The position numbers and the translations under genes were made by a program. From the NCBI GenBank assembly GCA_964453595.1, contig CAYVOQ010000002.1, forward strand, positions 8,727 through 72,726: a DNA stretch of 64,000 nucleotides. The letters are read 5' to 3'. The DNA comes from an uncultured Methylobacillus sp. (GTDB lineage Bacteria; Pseudomonadota; Gammaproteobacteria; Burkholderiales; Methylophilaceae). This document shows, in pieces, positions 11,140 through 22,110 of the stretch. Every line of letters starts with the position of its first letter. The stretch's first letter is position 1. The notes under the pieces are model-generated. The model was given only the letters and a program-made list of their open reading frames with translations. It did not search any database and had not been told where the DNA came from.

Positions 11140-11493
11140 TTATAGAAAAATAAAGATTCCAACTGGCCTATCTTCCGACAATATAATGTTAAATGTTTTC
11201 AGTCCGGACTGAAGCTGCATAAATTCTACTGCAATCTGCTGGTTAATTAAATCTTGATATTTTTCAATATTGCTTTGCTCTTCATTATTTTTGGATGCAG
11301 CAATAATATAGTGAATTGAATCCTGTTTTATTATTTCTTGAATTTTTTTAACGTTAATTTTCGATATCGGGATGATTTGATTTTTCGTTACAAAAACTGA
11401 ATTTTTATAATTTTTTTTCTTAATTTTTACCCATAAATCGCTGTACGCACTGATATAATTGAGTTCGTTATCTGATAATTCATTTAGCTGCAT
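11140..11493 (-). CDS. Mth938-like (DUF498) small protein
   Basis: 117 aa. The C-terminal pattern IAVEFMQLQSGLKTFNIILSEDRPVGIFIFL resembles the G(I/V)xVExMxTxAAxRTYNxLxxExRxVAAAL end of the Mth938/DUF498 family. Recognised by eye only. Confidence 0.45.
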   Translation of the reverse strand: MQLNELSDNELNYISAYSDLWVKIKKKNYKNSVFVTKNQIIPISKINVKKIQEIIKQDSIHYIIAASKNNEEQSNIEKYQDLINQQIAVEFMQLQSGLKTFNIILSEDRPVGIFIFL

Positions 11494-11536
11494 AATTATA
11501 ATTTTAATTTAGATATTACAAACAGGCACTATCATT

Positions 11537-12751
11537 TTGAAAGAAATATTAAAATCACACAAATTAGATCACGTATGTTACGACATACGAGGACCGGTTC
11601 TAGCGCGCTCAAAACAGCTTGAAGAAGAGGGTCATAAGATCATAAAGATGAATATTGGCAATCCTGCAGCTTTTGGTTTTGATGCGCCCGATGAAATAAC
11701 CCAAGACGTCATTAGAAATATGTCAAAAGCTTCAGGTTATACCGAAAGTCATGGTTTTTTCGAGCCTAGAAAATCAATCATGCAATATACCCAAGAAAAA
11801 GAAATTAAAAATGTAGATGTTGATGACATTATTATTGGAAATGGTGTTTCTGAGTTGATTGTAATGGCAATGCAAGGCTTAATAAATAATGGTGATGAAG
11901 TCTTAATTCCAATGCCGGATTATCCCCTATGGACTGCAGCGGTTACACTTGCGGGCGGGAAGCCGATTCATTATGAGTGCAATGAAACTGATTCGTGGTA
12001 TCCAGATCTAGATGATATTAAATCTAAAATTACAAAAAATACAAAAGCTTTAGTAGTTATTAATCCAAACAACCCTACTGGTTCGCTATATCCTAAAAAT
12101 GTTTTAGAAGCGATTGTTAAGGTTGCGAGGGAAAATAATCTTATAGTTTTTGCTGATGAAATTTATGACAAAGTTATATACGAAAATAAGAAGCATATTT
12201 CTATAGCTTCTCTAGCTGACGATGTAGTCTTTGTGACAATGAACGGGCTATCTAAAAATTATCGTGCATGTGGCTATAGGGCGGGTTGGTTAATTCTTTC
12301 GGGTGATAAAAAGAAAGCAAAAGATTATATGGACGGGTTAAATATGCTTGCTTCGATGAGGCTTTGTTCAAACGTTCCAGGTCAGTTAGCTATTCAAACA
12401 GCTTTAGGCGGCTATCAGAGCATTAATGATTTAGTTGCCGAAGGCGGAAGATTATATAGACAAAGAGAAACAGCATATAAGTTAATAACATCTATTCCTG
12501 GTGTTAGTTGCGTTAAACCAGATGCTGCAATGTATCTTTTTCCTAAACTTGATCCTGCGATCTATAAAATTAAAGACGATCAAAAGTTAGTGTTAGATTT
12601 ACTGTTGAGTAAAAAAGTCCTATTAGTTCAAGGATCTGGTTTTAATTGGAAAGACTCACAACATTTTAGAGTAGTGTTTCTCCCGAGTGAGGATGATTTG
12701 AAGTTAGCAATAACAAGAATAGAAGAATTTTTAGTGGATTATCGTAATTAA
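11537..12751 (+). CDS. alaA: glutamate-pyruvate (alanine) aminotransferase, class I PLP enzyme
   Basis: 404 aa. The N-terminus (HKLDHVCYDIRGPVLARSKQLEEEGHKIIKMNIGNPAAFGFDAPDEI) closely parallels E. coli AlaA. PLP-lysine context LSKNYRACGYRAGW. TTG start. Confidence 0.85.
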   Translation: MKEILKSHKLDHVCYDIRGPVLARSKQLEEEGHKIIKMNIGNPAAFGFDAPDEITQDVIRNMSKASGYTESHGFFEPRKSIMQYTQEKEIKNVDVDDIIIGNGVSELIVMAMQGLINNGDEVLIPMPDYPLWTAAVTLAGGKPIHYECNETDSWYPDLDDIKSKITKNTKALVVINPNNPTGSLYPKNVLEAIVKVARENNLIVFADEIYDKVIYENKKHISIASLADDVVFVTMNGLSKNYRACGYRAGWLILSGDKKKAKDYMDGLNMLASMRLCSNVPGQLAIQTALGGYQSINDLVAEGGRLYRQRETAYKLITSIPGVSCVKPDAAMYLFPKLDPAIYKIKDDQKLVLDLLLSKKVLLVQGSGFNWKDSQHFRVVFLPSEDDLKLAITRIEEFLVDYRN

Positions 12752-14061
12752 TGAATAAAATAAAAATAGGAATTGTTGGATTTGGTACTGTAGGTAGCGG
12801 AACCTATAAAGTGCTTACAGAAAATTTCCAAGAAATTCAAAATAAAACTGGCCTATCTTTTCAAGTTAGCAAAATTGCAGACTTAAACAAAGAATTGGTT
12901 ATTGAGAAGACTGGAAATGCCGACCTTTATACAGAAGATATTAATGAGGTAATTGAAGATTCTGATATTGTTGTTGAGCTTATTGGTGGCACAACCATTG
13001 CTAAAGACGTTGTTGAAAATGCTTTGACTAAAAAGAAGCATGTTGTTACTGCAAATAAAGCCTTGATAGCATTACACGGAAAGCAACTATTTGCTCTGGC
13101 AGAAAAAAATAATATTTCATTGATGTATGAAGCAGCAGTTGCTGGTGGAATTCCGATTATTAAATCCATAAGAGAAGGTTTGGTAGGAAATAAAATTAAT
13201 TGGGTCGCAGGTATCTTAAATGGAACGACTAATTATATTCTTTCAGAAATGAAGAATAACGGATTGTCTTTTGAGACGGCACTTCGTCAGGCGCAAGAAC
13301 TTGGCTATGCTGAGGCAGATCCAACTTTTGATATCGAGGGAATTGACGCTGCACACAAGATCACTATTCTTGCATCTATTGTTTTTGGTATTCCTTTAAA
13401 CTTTAGTGAGACTTTTGTTGAAGGTATAAGCTCTCTAGATCTTGCTGATGTTGCTTATGCTGAAGAGTTAGGTTATCGAATAAAACTTTTAGGAATTGCA
13501 AAAAATCATAATAATAAAATAGAGATTCGAGTGCATCCTACATTAATACCTTCATCAAGATTAATTGCAAATGTTGATGGCCCGATGAATGCCGTATTGG
13601 TAAACGGAAATATGGTTGGACCAACCTTGTATTATGGTGCGGGTGCGGGGTCGGAAGCGACCGCAAGTGCAGTAGTTGCAGATATTGTTGATATAGGTAG
13701 ATTAATTCATCAAAATATTATTCCGCTTGTACCAAATTATGGCTTTCAAGAAAATTCTTTAATCAATAAAACTATTGCAAATGTTTCTGAAATTACATCA
13801 GGCTTTTATTTGCGAGTGTCAATTAAAGATTCACCTGGTGTGCTTGCAAATATTACTAAATTATTTGCAAGTAATAATATTTCAATTGACGCAATGACGC
13901 AAAAAGAATCTAAATCTAGTGTTGATCAAAAAACGGATGTTTTGATTGTGGTTAAATTAGCAAAAGAGTCATTGATTGATGAAATAATCAAAGAAATTCA
14001 ATCAAAAGAATTTTGCTTAAGTAAAGTAATTAAAATAAGATTAGAGTTGTTAAATAAATGA
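12751..14061 (+). CDS. hom: homoserine dehydrogenase with C-terminal ACT domain
   Basis: 436 aa with NAD site GIVGFGTVGSG and catalytic-domain motifs TANKAL and EAAVAGGIPII, plus an ACT-like C-terminus. 1-nt TAATG overlap with alaA. Confidence 0.92.
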   Translation: MNKIKIGIVGFGTVGSGTYKVLTENFQEIQNKTGLSFQVSKIADLNKELVIEKTGNADLYTEDINEVIEDSDIVVELIGGTTIAKDVVENALTKKKHVVTANKALIALHGKQLFALAEKNNISLMYEAAVAGGIPIIKSIREGLVGNKINWVAGILNGTTNYILSEMKNNGLSFETALRQAQELGYAEADPTFDIEGIDAAHKITILASIVFGIPLNFSETFVEGISSLDLADVAYAEELGYRIKLLGIAKNHNNKIEIRVHPTLIPSSRLIANVDGPMNAVLVNGNMVGPTLYYGAGAGSEATASAVVADIVDIGRLIHQNIIPLVPNYGFQENSLINKTIANVSEITSGFYLRVSIKDSPGVLANITKLFASNNISIDAMTQKESKSSVDQKTDVLIVVKLAKESLIDEIIKEIQSKEFCLSKVIKIRLELLNK

Positions 14062-15485
14062 AATACATTTCTACCCGAGGCCAGTCCCCAGCTATATCTT
14101 TTTCAGAAACATTAATGACAGGATTAGCTCCCGATGGAGGCCTGTATCTTCCAGAGTCATATCCTAAATTCTCTACAAAACAATTAAATGTGATGAAAGA
14201 TCTATCATACAAAGATCTTGCATTTGAGGTGATGAAGCATTTTGTTGATGATATACCGCAACAAGATCTTAAAATGATTATTGATAGCACTTACACACCT
14301 GAAATATTTTCATATGCGCGAGCGGAACAAGATGCGTCACAAATAACTCCAATTTTAAAAGTTGAAGATAATGTTTATATGTTGTCTTTATCTAATGGAC
14401 CAACTCTGGCATTTAAAGATATTGCTATGCAATTTTTAGGAAATATTTTTGAATATTTATTGAACAAAAATTCAATGCAATTAAATATTTTAGGCGCCAC
14501 TTCTGGTGATACCGGTTCAGCTGCTGAGTATGCAATGAGAGGAAAAAAAGGCATTAACGTTTTTATGCTTTCGCCTTATCAAAAGATGAGTGCATTTCAG
14601 ACTGCTCAAATGTTTAGCTTACAAGAAAAAAATATTTTTAATATCTCGATTAAAGGGGTTTTCGACGACTGTCAGGATATTGTTAAGGCGGTTTCGAATG
14701 ATTTAGATTTTAAAAAAACAAATTCAATCGGGGCGGTAAATTCAATTAATTGGGGACGAATTATCGCGCAAATTGTTTACTATTTTAAAGGATACTTCCA
14801 AATAGCAAGTGACATGAGCCAGGTAATTGATATCACAGTGCCTTCTGGTAATTTTGGTAATATTTGCGCTGGTCATATTGCAAGGATGATGGGTTTGCCA
14901 GTGAGAAAGCTGGTTGTAGCGACTAACGAAAATGATGTTTTAGATGAATTTTTTAAGACGGGTCGGTATGCTCCAAGAAGTGCAGATAATACATTTCATA
15001 CATCAAGTCCATCAATGGATATTTCAAAAGCATCAAATTTTGAGAGATTCATATTTGATTTGGTTGGAAGAGATACAGACACTCTTGTCGGTTTATGGAA
15101 AAGGATTGATACCGGCCTGAGCTTCGATTTATCTGAGACGGGTTTTTTTGGCCAGGTTGAGAACTATGGATTCACTTCCTCTTCAAGCAATCATGCTAAT
15201 AGGTTAGATTATATTAAAAGAATTTATGAAAAGCATAATATTTTAATTGATACACATACAGCCGATGGATTTAAAGCTGCATATGATCATAAATCAGATG
15301 ATATACCAATGATGATATTAGAAACGGCATTGCCTGCGAAATTTGAAGAGACGATTATTGAAGCGTTAGGAATTAAACCAGACAGACCCGCAGCATTAAT
15401 AGACCTTGAATTATTACCCCAGAGATCAAAAGTTGCCGATAATGATGTTGATTTAATTAAGTCTTTAATAAAAGAAAATATATAG
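14058..15485 (+). CDS. thrC: threonine synthase (long form)
   Basis: 475 aa with PLP-lysine context NGPTLAFKD and [11 protein letters not shown]. hom-thrC adjacency. Confidence 0.92.
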   Translation: MKYISTRGQSPAISFSETLMTGLAPDGGLYLPESYPKFSTKQLNVMKDLSYKDLAFEVMKHFVDDIPQQDLKMIIDSTYTPEIFSYARAEQDASQITPILKVEDNVYMLSLSNGPTLAFKDIAMQFLGNIFEYLLNKNSMQLNILGATSGDTGSAAEYAMRGKKGINVFMLSPYQKMSAFQTAQMFSLQEKNIFNISIKGVFDDCQDIVKAVSNDLDFKKTNSIGAVNSINWGRIIAQIVYYFKGYFQIASDMSQVIDITVPSGNFGNICAGHIARMMGLPVRKLVVATNENDVLDEFFKTGRYAPRSADNTFHTSSPSMDISKASNFERFIFDLVGRDTDTLVGLWKRIDTGLSFDLSETGFFGQVENYGFTSSSSNHANRLDYIKRIYEKHNILIDTHTADGFKAAYDHKSDDIPMMILETALPAKFEETIIEALGIKPDRPAALIDLELLPQRSKVADNDVDLIKSLIKENI

Positions 15486-15486
15486 A

Positions 15487-16281
15487 ATGAAACAATATTT
15501 AGATTTGTTACATCATGTCGTAAACCATGGAGATTTTAAAGGTGATCGAACAGGTACAGGTACTTTATCTGTGTTTGGATACCAAATGCGTTTTGATTTA
15601 AATGCTGGATTTCCATTGCTAACAACAAAAAAAGTTCATTTAAAATCAATTATTTATGAGCTATTGTGGTTTTTGCAGGGATCAACAAATATTCACTATC
15701 TTCAACAAAATGGTGTGAGCATTTGGGATGAGTGGGCAGATGAAGATGGTAATCTTGGGCCAGTCTATGGCTCTCAGTGGCGCTCATGGAAGACGCATGA
15801 TGGAAAAAGTATTGATCAAATTACAAACTTAATTGAAAGAATCAAACAAGACCCCAATTCAAGAAGGTTGATCGTTTCTGCCTGGAATGTTGGAGATATA
15901 GATAATATGAAATTACCTCCGTGCCATGCATTTTTTCAATTTTATGTTGCGAATAATAAATTATCATGTCAGCTATATCAAAGAAGCGCAGATATTTTTC
16001 TAGGAGTACCATTTAATATCGCTTCTTATGCATTATTAACGATGATGATTGCACAGGTCACTCAATTAGAATTAGGCGACTTTGTGCATACTTTGGGTGA
16101 TGCGCACATATACTCTAATCATTCAGAACAAGTCAAAGAACAACTTTCTAGAAGTCCACGAACTCTACCTAAGATGAAAATCAATCCTAAAGTTAAGGAT
16201 ATTTTTAGTTTTAATTATGATGATTTTAATTTAGTAGATTATGATCCGCATCCACCTATTAAAGCCCCTGTAGCGGTCTAA
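15487..16281 (+). CDS. thyA: thymidylate synthase
   Basis: 264 aa with [17 protein letters not shown] (catalytic Cys) and GDAHIYSNH. Confidence 0.97.
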   Translation: MKQYLDLLHHVVNHGDFKGDRTGTGTLSVFGYQMRFDLNAGFPLLTTKKVHLKSIIYELLWFLQGSTNIHYLQQNGVSIWDEWADEDGNLGPVYGSQWRSWKTHDGKSIDQITNLIERIKQDPNSRRLIVSAWNVGDIDNMKLPPCHAFFQFYVANNKLSCQLYQRSADIFLGVPFNIASYALLTMMIAQVTQLELGDFVHTLGDAHIYSNHSEQVKEQLSRSPRTLPKMKINPKVKDIFSFNYDDFNLVDYDPHPPIKAPVAV

Positions 16282-16757
16282 TGATAGACATTAGTTTAAT
16301 TGTTGCTTGTTCTCGAAATCGAGTAATTGGTATTAAAAATAAGCTACCCTGGCATCTCCCTTCGGATCTAAAACGATTTAAGGAATTTACAACGGGAAAC
16401 ACTATTATAATGGGGCGTAAGACTTACGATTCCATTGGTAAGGCTTTGCCAAATCGAAAAAATATTGTTATCTCAAGAAATTCTAATTTAAAAATAAATG
16501 ATGCTGAAGTAGTTGCATCAATTGAGGATGCTTTAAAGTTTTCTGAAAATAAAGTTTTTGTCATTGGTGGAGAGCAAATTTACCTATACGCTATGCCATT
16601 TGCTAACAAAATTTTAATGACTTTAATTAATGATGATATTGAGGGTGATGCATTTTTCCCAGTTATTGATGAAACTCAATGGGTTGTTAAAGAGAGATCT
16701 GAAGCTTATGATGAGAATGGTCTTCAGTTTACTTATCTAACTTACCTTAAACTTTAA
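16281..16757 (+). CDS. folA: dihydrofolate reductase
   Basis: 158 aa with IGIKNKLPWHLPSDLKRFK, IMGRKTYDSIG and VIGGEQIY. thyA-folA pairing. Confidence 0.92.
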   Translation: MIDISLIVACSRNRVIGIKNKLPWHLPSDLKRFKEFTTGNTIIMGRKTYDSIGKALPNRKNIVISRNSNLKINDAEVVASIEDALKFSENKVFVIGGEQIYLYAMPFANKILMTLINDDIEGDAFFPVIDETQWVVKERSEAYDENGLQFTYLTYLKL

Positions 16758-18994
16758 TCTTTCACGCAATCAACAAAATACTTAGGCTTGCCATCAATGG
16801 TCTCTTTTACTAATCCGTGATTATCTGTTTCAAAACCAGGAAATCTTTCGTTAAACAGCTCTGCAAATTTTAAATAATCCACAATTGTTTTATTAAACCT
16901 TTCCCCAGGTATAAGTAATGGTATTCCTGGAGGGTAGGGGGTGAGTAAAACAGATGTAATTCTTCCTTCAAGATCTTGAATAGCGACTCTCTCTATCTCT
17001 TTGTGAGCCATTTTTCCAAATGCGTCAGCAGGTTTCATTGCCGGCTCCATATTTGAAAGGTACATTTCAGTCGTTAATTTTGCAATATTATTTTCTTTAT
17101 ATGTATTATGTATTTCGGCTGATAGATCTTTTAAACCTATTCTTTCATATTGCGGAAATTTTTGTGTAAATTCGGGTAGTACTTTCCAGATAGGTTGATT
17201 TTTATCGTAATCATCTTTGAATTGTTGCAACGCTGCTAACAAAGTATTCCATCTCCCTTTAGTGATGCCAATAGTAAACATAATAAAGAATGAGTAAAGC
17301 CCTGTTTTTTCAACAATAACTCCATGTTCAGCAAGATATTTAGTTACGATCGATGCAGGAATTCCAAATGCTTGATCAAACTCGCCGTCAAGATTTAAGC
17401 CGGGTGTAATAATTGTTGCTTTAATAGGGTCAAGCATATTAAAGCCTTCAGAAAGTTGACTGAATCCATGCCAAGTATCATTTTCTTTTAACATCCATGA
17501 ATCTCTAGTTTCTATGCCTTCTTCTGAAAGATCGTTTGGCCCCCAAACTTTAAACCACCAGTCGCTACCCCAGTCACTATCAACTTTTCTCATCGCTCTT
17601 CTAAAGTCTAGCGCTTCCATAATTGATTCTTCAACTAATGCATTGCCCCCAGGCTCTTCCATCATTGCAGCAGCGACATCACAGCTAGCAATAATTGAGT
17701 ATTGAGGGCTAGTGGAGCTATGCATTAAATAAGATTCATTAAAGACGTCTCTATCTAATTTATTTTTTTCAGCATCCTGAACTAATATTTGAGAGGCCTG
17801 ACTTAAGCCAGCAAGCAATTTATGAGTCGATTGAGTAGAAAAAATCATACTTTCTTGACAACGTTTTCTATTATCACCGATTGCATGATAGTCCCCATAG
17901 AAATTATGGAAAGCAGCATGGGGAAGCCATGCTTCATCAAAATGTAAAGTATCAATTTTCCCATCTAACATTTCTTTTATTTCTTCAACATTGTATAAAA
18001 TACCATCATAAGTTGATTGTGTGATTGTTAGCACTCTGGGTTTTTGATCTTTATTTTTAATAAATGGATTTTCGCTTATTTTTTTTTCTATATTTTTCCA
18101 TTCAAATTCTGCTTTTGGTATAGGACCAATAATTCCAAAGTGATTTCTAGTTGGCATTAGAAAAATTGGTATAGCGCCTGTCATAATAATTGAATGAAGG
18201 ACTGATTTATGACAATTTCTGTCAACAATAACGACATCACCCGGAGCGACTGTTGAATGCCAAACAATTTTGTTTGAAGTTGATGTTCCATTAGTTACAA
18301 AATACATATGATCTGAATGAAAAATTCTAGCTGCATTTTTTTCAGAAGCGGCAACTGGTCCAGTATGGTCAAGTAACTGGCCTAATTCATCGACAGCGTT
18401 ACAAACATCAGCACGAAGCATATTTTCACCAAAAAATTGATGGAACATCTGTCCCACAGGTGACTTTAAGAAAGCAACACCGCCAGAATGTCCAGGGCAA
18501 TGCCAAGAATACGAACCATCTGCTGCGTAATGGGTTAATGCTCTAAAAAAAGGAGGTGGAAGACTGTCTAAATATGATTTAGCCTCTCTTATGATATATT
18601 TTGCAACAAATTCTGGCGTGTCTTCATTCATATGAATGAAGCCATTTAATTCTCTTAGAATTTCATTCGGAATATGACGACTTGTTCTTGTTTCCCCATG
18701 AAGAAAAATTGGTATTTCATCATTGCGGTATCTAATCTCTTCAACAAAAAGTTTTAAATCTTTTAAGGCTTTTGGATTTTCATCGGCAAATTCTTCGTCA
18801 TCTATAGCAAGTATAAAAGCCGATGCTCGGCTTTGTTGTTGGGCAAAAGATGAAAGATCAACGTAACTAGTAACGCCTATAACCTCAGTACCTTCTTTGA
18901 TAATTGCATCAGCGAGTAAACGAATACCAAGACCAGATGAATTTTCAGATTTAAAATCTTCATCTATTATAATTATAGGGAATTTAAATTTCAT
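16754..18994 (-). CDS. Orn/Lys/Arg decarboxylase family PLP enzyme (large, wing-domain type)
   Basis: 746 aa with PLP lysine in FSTQSTHKLLAG and a receiver-like N-terminal wing domain. Substrate cannot be assigned by eye. Confidence 0.85.
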   Translation of the reverse strand: MKFKFPIIIIDEDFKSENSSGLGIRLLADAIIKEGTEVIGVTSYVDLSSFAQQQSRASAFILAIDDEEFADENPKALKDLKLFVEEIRYRNDEIPIFLHGETRTSRHIPNEILRELNGFIHMNEDTPEFVAKYIIREAKSYLDSLPPPFFRALTHYAADGSYSWHCPGHSGGVAFLKSPVGQMFHQFFGENMLRADVCNAVDELGQLLDHTGPVAASEKNAARIFHSDHMYFVTNGTSTSNKIVWHSTVAPGDVVIVDRNCHKSVLHSIIMTGAIPIFLMPTRNHFGIIGPIPKAEFEWKNIEKKISENPFIKNKDQKPRVLTITQSTYDGILYNVEEIKEMLDGKIDTLHFDEAWLPHAAFHNFYGDYHAIGDNRKRCQESMIFSTQSTHKLLAGLSQASQILVQDAEKNKLDRDVFNESYLMHSSTSPQYSIIASCDVAAAMMEEPGGNALVEESIMEALDFRRAMRKVDSDWGSDWWFKVWGPNDLSEEGIETRDSWMLKENDTWHGFSQLSEGFNMLDPIKATIITPGLNLDGEFDQAFGIPASIVTKYLAEHGVIVEKTGLYSFFIMFTIGITKGRWNTLLAALQQFKDDYDKNQPIWKVLPEFTQKFPQYERIGLKDLSAEIHNTYKENNIAKLTTEMYLSNMEPAMKPADAFGKMAHKEIERVAIQDLEGRITSVLLTPYPPGIPLLIPGERFNKTIVDYLKFAELFNERFPGFETDNHGLVKETIDGKPKYFVDCVKD

Positions 18995-19564
18995 TTAGAT
19001 TTTCGGTAGGGTTACACCTACTTGACCTTGGTATTTACCGCCACGATCCTTATATGATGTTTCACAGATTTCGTCTGACTCAAAGAAAAGGACTTGAGCA
19101 CAGCCTTCACCAGCATAAATTTTTGCAGGAAGGGGAGTGGTGTTGCTAAATTCTAAAGTTACATATCCTTCCCATTCCGGCTCAAACGGAGTGACATTTA
19201 CAATAATTCCACATCTTGCATAGGTTGATTTACCAAGACAAACTGTAAGGATACTTCGTGGGATGCGAAAGTATTCCATTGTTCTAGCAAGCGCAAATGA
19301 GTTTGGAGGAATAATGCAGTGGTCTGATTCGAATTCAACAAAAGAATTTGGATCAAATTTTTTAGGATCAACTATTGTTGAATTAATGTTTGTAAAAACC
19401 TTGAATTCATTTGCGCATCTTATATCGTATCCATAACTGGATGTTCCATAAGAAACAATTTTTTCTCCGTTAATTTCGCGAACTAGTCCAGGCTCAAAAG
19501 GCTCAATCATGCCCTCGTTTTCAGCCATTCTTCTGATCCATTTATCCGACTTTATAGACATCAA
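18995..19564 (-). CDS. dcd: dCTP deaminase
   Basis: 189 aa. [14 protein letters not shown]...[15 protein letters not shown]...[11 protein letters not shown] is near-canonical for the 188-189-aa proteobacterial Dcd. Confidence 0.95.
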   Translation of the reverse strand: MMSIKSDKWIRRMAENEGMIEPFEPGLVREINGEKIVSYGTSSYGYDIRCANEFKVFTNINSTIVDPKKFDPNSFVEFESDHCIIPPNSFALARTMEYFRIPRSILTVCLGKSTYARCGIIVNVTPFEPEWEGYVTLEFSNTTPLPAKIYAGEGCAQVLFFESDEICETSYKDRGGKYQGQVGVTLPKI

Positions 19565-19576
19565 GTTTCCCTATGT

Positions 19577-21043
19577 TTAATTTTCACTATTAATTGATGG
19601 TCGCCAAAATTGGCTTATATCTTCAAATATTACTTTAGAAGCATCTGGGTCCGAACTTCCAGCTTTATATTCATGAACAGGAATATTTGCATCTTGCCAC
19701 TTTTCAACAATCGGATCAATTAATTTCCATTGAGCCTTCACTTCATCTATGTGAAGATATCTTGATTGGTTACCCTCAATTAAATCAAGAAGGAGGTTCT
19801 CATAAGAGTCGATTGTTTCATCACCATTAAGTCTTATATCGCCATCTAATTGAATAGTTCTTGTTTCCAGCTCTTCAAGCCCAGGAACCTTTGTTTTAAT
19901 TTCTAAACGAATACATTCTTTAGGCTGGATGCTCATAATTAACCAATTCTCAGTATCAACATTATTTACTTGGCCTAGTGATTTGAATTTTATAGAAATA
20001 TAGGTCGCGCCATCATGAAGTCTTTTTGCTGTTCGAAGATATATGGGTACACCCTTCCATCGATCGTTATCAATAAATACTTTAATAGCAGCATATGTTT
20101 CTACGTTACTGTTTTCCCCAAGCTCTTCTAGATAACCTTTTACTTCACCTTCATTTTTAATATAGCCACTTGTATATTGAGCTCTAAATACTTGTTTTTC
20201 AAAATTGTTAATATCGATTGGCATTATTTTTTCAAGTAGATTGATTTTTTCAGCTCTAATATCATCTGGTGAAAATGATTTTGGTTTTTCCATGGTCGTC
20301 AGAGTTAGTGTTTGTAAAAGATGGCTTTGCATCATGTCTCTTAACGCCCCAGTTGCATTGTAGAAAGTGGTTCGATCACCAACTCCCAGAGTTTCATGGT
20401 TAGTGATTTGAATATGGTCAATATAATTTTTATTCCATAGAGGTTCAAGAAAAGAATTATAAAATCGAGTAAACAAAATATTTTGTAGAGCGAACTTACC
20501 TAAATAATGATCTATTCGATATATTTGATGTTCGCCAAGATGTTTAGAGATTGATTCTTGAAGATTTATCGCAGTATCATAATTAACACCAAATGGCTTT
20601 TCAATTAAAACTCTTTTCCAATTTTTGCTTTCATCCAACAGGTTAGCTGCAGCTAGGTCATCCACTACGCTTGCAAAGTCAGATGGGCGGACTGATAGAA
20701 AAAAAGCTAAATTTTGTGGAAATTGTTTTTCTTCAATTGTTTTGGCAAGCTTTTGATAGGCTTCTGCATCTTCAGGTAAGTTTGCATGATAGATATTTCT
20801 TTTTAAGAATCTATCCAATACTGTTTGGTTTAACTCTTTGTCGTATTTGGCGCGGATAATGCTTTTAAGATTGATTAGCCACTCTTCATGATCTTCTTCT
20901 TGTCTTCCAACAGATATAATTTTCATATCTGGATGGAGTTTATTTGCCAAATCCAGTTTAAAAAGACCAGGTATAAGCTTTACTCTTGCTAGATTACCCT
21001 TCGCTCCAAATAAAACGAGTGTAGATGCTTCTTGCTTCATCAA
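19577..21043 (-). CDS. zwf: glucose-6-phosphate 1-dehydrogenase
   Basis: 488 aa with N-terminal dinucleotide site FGAKGNLA and active-site motif RIDHYLGK. Confidence 0.93.
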   Translation of the reverse strand: MMKQEASTLVLFGAKGNLARVKLIPGLFKLDLANKLHPDMKIISVGRQEEDHEEWLINLKSIIRAKYDKELNQTVLDRFLKRNIYHANLPEDAEAYQKLAKTIEEKQFPQNLAFFLSVRPSDFASVVDDLAAANLLDESKNWKRVLIEKPFGVNYDTAINLQESISKHLGEHQIYRIDHYLGKFALQNILFTRFYNSFLEPLWNKNYIDHIQITNHETLGVGDRTTFYNATGALRDMMQSHLLQTLTLTTMEKPKSFSPDDIRAEKINLLEKIMPIDINNFEKQVFRAQYTSGYIKNEGEVKGYLEELGENSNVETYAAIKVFIDNDRWKGVPIYLRTAKRLHDGATYISIKFKSLGQVNNVDTENWLIMSIQPKECIRLEIKTKVPGLEELETRTIQLDGDIRLNGDETIDSYENLLLDLIEGNQSRYLHIDEVKAQWKLIDPIVEKWQDANIPVHEYKAGSSDPDASKVIFEDISQFWRPSINSEN

Positions 21044-21046
21044 ACC

Positions 21047-21967
21047 TTACCCTTTTTTTCTTAACATATGGCCACCAAATGCATTTCGCATAATTGATAA
21101 AAGTTTGTATCCATAGCCTTTTTGTTTTTCTTGAGATCTAAATCTAACTTGCAAAGCAAGCGTTAAAACGGGTGCCGGTATACCAAGATCAATCGACTCA
21201 ACTACAGTCCATCTGCCTTCACCTGAATCTGCAACATAAGGTTCGATATTATCAAGATTTTGATCACCTTTTAAAGACTCAGCTGTTAAGTCCAACAACC
21301 AAGATCTTACAACTGAACCATGTCTCCATAACTCTGTAACCTTTGCAAGATCGATATTGAACTCAGTTTTTCCTTTAAGTAATTCTAAACCCTCTGCAAA
21401 AGACTCCATCATTCCATATTCAATTCCATTATGAATCATTTTTGTGAAATGACCTGATCCGATTGGACCTACATGAAGCCAGCCATCTTGTTGGTTAGGC
21501 GCAAGGGCTCTTAAAACAGGTTCAACAATTTTAGCAACATCATTATCAGCGCCAACCATTAGGCAATAACCATTATCCAAACCCCAAACTCCGCCAGAGG
21601 TACCACAATCCATAAAGCCTATATTATGCTCTTTAAGCATTGCTCCAATTTTTACGCTATGTTTATAGTTTGAGTTACCACCATCAACAATTACATCTCC
21701 TGCATTTAACATTGGAATAAGATCATCAATTTGTTTTTCAGTAATTTCACCAGCTGGTAGCATCATCCAAACAATCTTTGTTTCTTGGTCAGCAAGCTGC
21801 TTTACGGCATCCTCTACTGAATTAGCAGGAATTAGTTTCTCATCATTTTCTAAACGTTTAACTGTCTCAATAGATGTGTCAAAACCAACTACTGAGATTC
21901 CATTTCTGATAAGGCGAGTGGCCATATTTCCACCCATTTTTCCGAGACCTAACATTGCTATTTTCAT
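21047..21967 (-). CDS. gnd: 6-phosphogluconate dehydrogenase, short (about 300 aa) form
   Basis: The conserved N-terminus MKIAMLGLGKMGGNMA (Rossmann GxGxxG) starts at ATG 21967, with AGGAA upstream. Motifs GGNSNY, GTSGGVWG and MIHNGIEYG are present. The ORF-track start at 22171 adds 68 low-complexity residues and overlaps pgl. Confidence 0.88.
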   Translation of the reverse strand: MKIAMLGLGKMGGNMATRLIRNGISVVGFDTSIETVKRLENDEKLIPANSVEDAVKQLADQETKIVWMMLPAGEITEKQIDDLIPMLNAGDVIVDGGNSNYKHSVKIGAMLKEHNIGFMDCGTSGGVWGLDNGYCLMVGADNDVAKIVEPVLRALAPNQQDGWLHVGPIGSGHFTKMIHNGIEYGMMESFAEGLELLKGKTEFNIDLAKVTELWRHGSVVRSWLLDLTAESLKGDQNLDNIEPYVADSGEGRWTVVESIDLGIPAPVLTLALQVRFRSQEKQKGYGYKLLSIMRNAFGGHMLRKKG

Positions 21968-22110
21968 AATATTCCTTTTGTAAAAGTTTAAAGTTTGGTA
22001 ATCTTTTGGATTAATAAAAATTAAGCTCGAATTATACCAAACGATATTGCTCCCATATAGAAAAAAATTAAGTAATTTTTTGCTTTTAAGCTTAAATATA
22101 TAAATTAAGG

